Shown here: positions 58,935-64,000 of the stretch, piece by piece
Layout: every line of letters begins with the position of its first letter
Numbering within the stretch: the first letter of the stretch is position 1
From: Chlorokybus atmophyticus
Taxonomy: Eukaryota; Plantae; Mesostigma and Chlorokybus algae
NCBI GenBank assembly: GCA_009103225.1
Contig: RHPI01001168.1
Coordinates: 31,308 to 95,307 of the forward strand
Direction: 5' to 3'
DNA length: 64,000 bases
Notes under the pieces: generated by a model
What the model was told of the DNA's origin: nothing
The model's input: the letters and a program-made list of their open reading frames with translations, nothing else
The model's database searches: none
Made by a program: the position numbers and the translations under genes

Positions 58935-59110
58935 TTGACATCAGCACCGTCATGTACTGTCTGATGCATGCGCTTAGTGGTTTGCAATTCAATAGCAACA
59001 ATGTCACAGCTCAAAGTTGCGAGTACATCCAAGTACACCGTAGGTGTGTTTGTAAGCCCTTGTTGACAGTGAAAAAAATCGAAATGACACAAAAGTGTCA
59101 GACTGTGTCC

Positions 59111-59117
<7 letters not shown>

Positions 59118-59171
<54 letters not shown>
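59118..59171. repeat. (CT)n microsatellite
   Basis: Direct reading. Confidence 0.9.
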
Positions 59172-59173
<2 letters not shown>

Positions 59174-60023
59174 NGTGCTAGTCCCATCGTGCGAACTGTA
59201 TAGATGTGTACTTCTTGTATATGTACGTGAGGCCCACATGGAACTCTCGATCACGTATGACTTGTACAATGTGCATAAGTAGAAACCATGCTCCCTGGGC
59301 ATTGCAAATGTTGCTCGCTGTGTGTTGAGTACCTGGTCATATCTCAAATGTGAAAATGAAATGTTGACCAGGACAGCGAGCTCCCCTGTTATCTATGATA
59401 ATGAGGAGGTGTGCGAATATGCAATGATGAGGTAGGGCACAACAATTGTTCCACTTGTAGGTGTAAAGCTTACAATTCAAAAACACTTGATGCATGCCAA
59501 TGCATTCAGAATACGGTGAATGAGCACAGAACGAATCACTCGGAGTTGGTGCTAAGTCACTCTCACTGCTCTGTGCATGCACCTCAACTGTAGCAATGCA
59601 AGCATGAAATGCGCAATACCGTACATTATTGGTGTGAAGAGAACAGGGTCGGCGCTGGATAAGCTAGCGGCGTCGGGGTGGTTGCAATGTGTGCGGGACA
59701 TTTGCAGGCTTCTCGCTGACATGCACTATGCTCACAACATTAACACACTCTCACCACACTCATACTTCTCAAGTCAAGAGTAACTGCTATTACCACAGAG
59801 TCCAAGCAGGAGGTCAACACTCTAAGCAGCTAACCATTAAGTCTAAGAAAGGCTAAGAGTCAACGTATCGCCCAAGAAAGAAACTTGCATTACCATCTAA
59901 CTAGTTGAGATTGCCAGCAAGGTATTTCGACCACTGCTTCAGTGACGGCGATTGGAAGTGCCGTAACCGTTCGTCTGCTTACATCTGATTTGTTGATTTG
60001 CGCGGGAAGCTCGTTAGACTCTT

Positions 60024-60768
60024 TGTAGCGACGCAATGCTTATTATCAGTGTCCTTATTAGCGCCGCATTATCAACATGCTTTTAGTGAGCCAGCGAGGC
60101 CACGCGCCTCAATAACATGCACAGTAGATATTAAATTAGCCAATAGCATGTTTGTTTCTCATAAGCTTGTACTAGCTACACGCCACACTTGTGCCCTATT
60201 TAAGCGGGCCCTTTCTATTCCATTGATGCAGTCTTGCTTATTATCACCTGCTCAGTGTGGCTTGCTATATGCATGCGAGATGCCGCCGTTATAGTGAGTG
60301 CCGACATCACATTGGTGGAGACGCGGATTGAGTGCCTTTTCACCACTCACCGCCCCTGTTTACGACAATTCAGTTATAATTGTCGTAAACAGCCGATTCA
60401 CCGATTTTATATTCTTTTTTCTGTTACCGGCTCCGGCATTTTATCCTTATTTTCAGTCAACGTTGACCGTCATGGCGCATAACACACGCCGCCGAAGGCA
60501 ACGTGACCCCTCGGCGTCCGCCGCCATGGCGGGCGTCCTCGACCGCATTGTTGACAGGCTTGAGCACCTGTCGGCGACAAACCCCAGTACCGCCGCACAG
60601 TCCGCGGCTCAGCAGCAGGCGGGCCGCGACCGACGCGCCCGGCTTGACAAGTTTTCAGGCGATCGCACCAAGGAAGTACGACACTGGCTTGCCGAGGTCA
60701 GCCAGTACGCCGAGTACCATGGATGGGACGACGCCGTAACAGTACCTTCTAACTCAAAGCGTCTCTAG
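60024..60768 (+). mobile_element. 5' fragment of a Ty3/Gypsy-like LTR retrotransposon: putative LTR (TG...CA, ending at 60311), PBS 60313-60326, truncated gag 60472-60768
   Basis: ...CATCACA-T-TGGTGGAGACGCGG is complementary to a tRNA-Ala-type 3' end; gag-like RLDKFSGDRTKEVRHWLAEVSQYAEYHGWDD. The LTR start is uncertain; no pol gene or 3' LTR was seen. Confidence 0.7.
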
Positions 60769-62086
60769 AGACGCTCGAGTATGTGTGTCCGGAGACGCTG
60801 CGCGTCTCCAGGCAGCAGTTAAGGTAGGTACTATAAAGGGTACCTAACCAAGCAGCATTGTCGATATCATTTCTTAATAGATGTCTACGCAGGCTGACCA
60901 TGGATATCCACTGTAGTTTCTTAACAGAATTAGGGTTTGCTTAAGGCTTGCTTAGGGTTTCAGGCGGTAGGTACTGGCGCAGCGGCGGCAACATTGGCGG
61001 CGTGAGCGACCAGCAGGGTGATCAGCAGGGTAATCAGCAGGGTGATTAGCGGCAGGCGGTAGCCGACTGCTGACGGGTGGGGCGGCTCCAGGCAGAGCGC
61101 CGACCTTAGGGCATCTAGGCACTATATGTTGTATTAAACGCTAATTGGTAACTTTCTGTTCTGTTTCTACAAATGAAGTCATTCTTGCAGTGTGCGTGTG
61201 TATACATGTGTCCAGCGTGCGCGCGTGTGTATACATGTGCATCGTGCGTGTTCTTGTATATCATGTGCTAGGCGGGCTAGAAGGTAAGTTGAAGCGCTGT
61301 TGGTGTTGGGTTTTGCAGTTCTTGCACTGTGCGTGAGCGTGTGCATGTGGCTAGCGTGTATATGGCCAGCGTATGTGCAGGTGAGTGTGAGTGTGAGTGT
61401 GCTTGTGCATGCGTCCAGAGTTGGTGTGCGTATGTGCATGTCTATGCATCCAAATTGTGTGTCTTTCACGTGCATACGCGTGCTTGCGTGCAGAGTTGCT
61501 TGCCATGCGGGTGGGTTTTGCGTGCATATGGAGTAGTGTGTGCGTGTGTGTTGTGTGTGGTTGTGTGTCTCACATGTGTGCAACACTCCAGGCGTGTTTG
61601 CGCGCACAATAGCATCAGACATGCGCACAATGCTCACATTGGCGTACAATCAACAGCATCACACAGCTCTGCACAGCTCTGCACACACACTCGATATTGG
61701 GGTTAATTGGCAAAATCTGCTCATACCAAGTGACACTTATGTTGCTAGGTCGTGATGATGTGGCGCGCAGTTTTACGAAGTTTTAAAGCCCTTGGAAGCT
61801 TGGAATGGATGTCTTGGGCCTTGCCTGCGCCACTTGTGGACGTGTCTACAAGTGGCGTCAGTCTCCAGCTCTGTTCTTCACCCAGTTCTTTCGCAGCAGT
61901 TGCGTCAGCACGTCACAGCTGGTCATCACACATAAGCCAACACGTTCTGCCAAAGGGCTAGACATCTCATGGCTTCCATTTGCTGCTGCGGCAACACTTG
62001 CAACTACACAAGTATGATTCGCCATTACACCTTGTGCTTGATACATATCACATCGTACCATTCATATAGAATGTGTGCAGGCTCAC

Positions 62087-63981
62087 ATGAGTGATGACGA
62101 TGATGACCAGCAAGCTGGCATTGCACCCACTACCAGGCCGGGTTTAACGGAGCTCTTATCACGCAAGCATGAAGAGCGGCCGAAGAACACCAGAGTAAAG
62201 TACATGAGAGGCGTCAAGATCTATCAGGTAGACATGAGTGCATACAACTATAGTAAGCATGTTGTTAACAATATTGTGGTAGGAATGGTGTGAGAAGAAT
62301 GGTCACCAGCGGCGTGTGGACATCAGCACTTGTGAGCGGTTCATGTTGGAACATCAACATGAATCTTGGCACAAGTTGGAGAACGTTGTCAAAAGTCTGC
62401 AAGACGCTGCCAAAGACCAGTCTTTGCAAGAAGGTGTGCCAGCTATTGATCTGCGCGAGAACCATGCAATCAGGTTGGTTTTGAAGAATGCTCGCCAATT
62501 TATTTTCGATAAAGCAAAAAGGTAATTTGCTAACTTGCTACATGCTTCAACTCAAACAATAACTTCTTAAATGTTTTGACCAATAAGCAAGTTGTGCGTA
62601 GGGAGTTCAAGGACCGGCTGGCAGGCACTAGTGCAGAAGCGTATACACCTGTAGATTATCGCAACATGAATGCTTATTGGTTGGGAAAATCTGCTCATAC
62701 CAATAACATCCCTAAGCAAGCTTCGGCTTTAAGAGCAAGGTATGGTTGAGAGCACAGTCTGCTCACGCACAGCCATATCTTTCATGTTGCTGATTTTGGC
62801 AACATGCAGATTGGATCTAGCGTTGCGACATACATGCCTCACGCGCGGTGACGTTGCAAGGGCTTGCGAAGAGTGTGACTTCTATAGTTACCAAATTCCT
62901 CAAAACTCTTTAGGGCCGGACCTTGGTGTGATGATTTGCTTTGTATCTCGCAATGGAAAGATGAACAAGGTATTCATTAACATCTGTCGATCATGTTGTG
63001 GCACATGACGTTTCCGTGTTTCATAGCTGCGAACGTTGCTATTCTTGTGCATAGAATGGCAACACGGAGTATTTCGGAGGTCTGCGCCACTGGAGTCCAA
63101 TAGGATGTTGGCACAACGCGCTAGCATTCCATTGGTTTCACAAGTACCATATGCTGCAGCGACCATTTCCGGACTTCACATCACGGGCAACCTGGTGCGT
63201 GCGGTGCGTGCAGTTGTGTGCAAGTGCGTGCCCATCTTATGAATGCGGAGTTACAGGTATGGAGAGCCTCTATTCCCTGGTGAGAAAGAGGGTCAGCACC
63301 TGACCTACAGACAACAATACAACCACGCATGCGAGGGGTTCCGGGAATGCGGCATTGTGCTGGGCAGGTCTAAAGTTCATGCATCGCGCAAAGAATCATC
63401 ACAGCAGGCAATGAACGCTGGGTAAGTAGATTAAGGGTGTGGACATGTCTTCTTTATCGACAGCTTGATATTGTACACATAAATCGACATTACTATAATG
63501 CAGGGCTACAGAAAGTGGTGTGAAGCAAAATGGCCGATGGAATAATGACCATTTCAACCTGTCCTACGTCACACAGCTGGACGTCACAACATGCGCAATT
63601 ATTGCAGGTAACAACGGCACAGTCACTGTAATGGTCTGATGATTTTGCATGTATTCATCTACAATTGCATTGTAGGGCATGGACATCTAAATCACCCCAA
63701 CAAGCATGTGTTGGCTCGTTTGCGGTTCCGCTTGCCACAAAACATCTGCACTCAAATTTTTCCCGGCTTGGAGTTTGCACTGAATGATGTGCGAAAGGTA
63801 TTGCTTGCTCGCTCATGATTAAGCGAGTGCATTGTCGTTGTTTATGGCTGCCAGCGTACATGTCCCTCATATACAAACTTGGCTCTTGCAGCGGTGTTTG
63901 CATGGCAGAGATCAAGAGCGGGACTTTGCAGCATTTAAGCATTTAGAGTTGCTTGACTACTTGCGCGATGTTGTAGGGCAG
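62087..63981 (+). mobile_element. Crypton-type tyrosine recombinase gene (NDC10_II-like domain), multi-exon, continuing past the window end
   Basis: Spliced: YQ|EWCEKN...; EFKDRLAGTSAEAYT; LDLALRHTCLTRGDVAR; GKMNK|NGNTEYFGGLRHWSPIGC; FPDFTSRATW|YG; SKVHASRKES; GRWNNDHFNLSYVTQL; QIFPGLE; LELLDYLRDVVGQ. Confidence 0.85.
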
Positions 63982-64000
63982 GTATGTTTATGGTTGTTCA

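Noticed and set aside
60930-60960. Interstitial telomere
   Set aside because: Only isolated TTAGGGTTT units (also AAACCCTAA at 52-60); these fit telobox motifs, not an array.

Overview
Eukaryotic nuclear DNA that is intron-rich (GT-AG introns full of CA/GT and TGCA microsatellites, with poly-G/C tracts next to six N gaps). It is most consistent with a green alga or early-branching streptophyte, based on plant-type RUS5, RBL14-like rhomboid, ERD6-like transporter and a 'WKTEEEMRLRQQFD' C-terminus; the organism is inferred, not identified. The ORF track is mostly noise, so genes were rebuilt by hand-splicing. About 12 recognisable genes are present: a conserved unknown protein, mTERF-like, ACC-synthase-like aminotransferase, UPF0690-like, RUS5, alpha-kinase, HS3ST/NDST-type sulfotransferase, sugar porter, TPR-RING, rhomboid-RanBP2 ZnF, heparinase II/III-like lyase, and a long minus-strand gene. 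That long gene (39052-44783) is the top finding: it splices into one polypeptide made of an Ntn glutamine amidotransferase (Dug3-like), WD40 repeats and a degenerate M20 peptidase (Dug2-like), i.e. a single-gene version of the yeast Dug2/Dug3 glutathione-degrading complex. Accessory content includes an apparently intact, intron-containing Crypton tyrosine recombinase (62087 to window end), a truncated Ty3/Gypsy-like element with a tRNA-Ala-type PBS, a scrambled multi-copy decayed gene or element (30.6-33.7 kb) and an AT-rich hairpin cluster near the window start. Exon boundaries were read by eye and no database searches were run.
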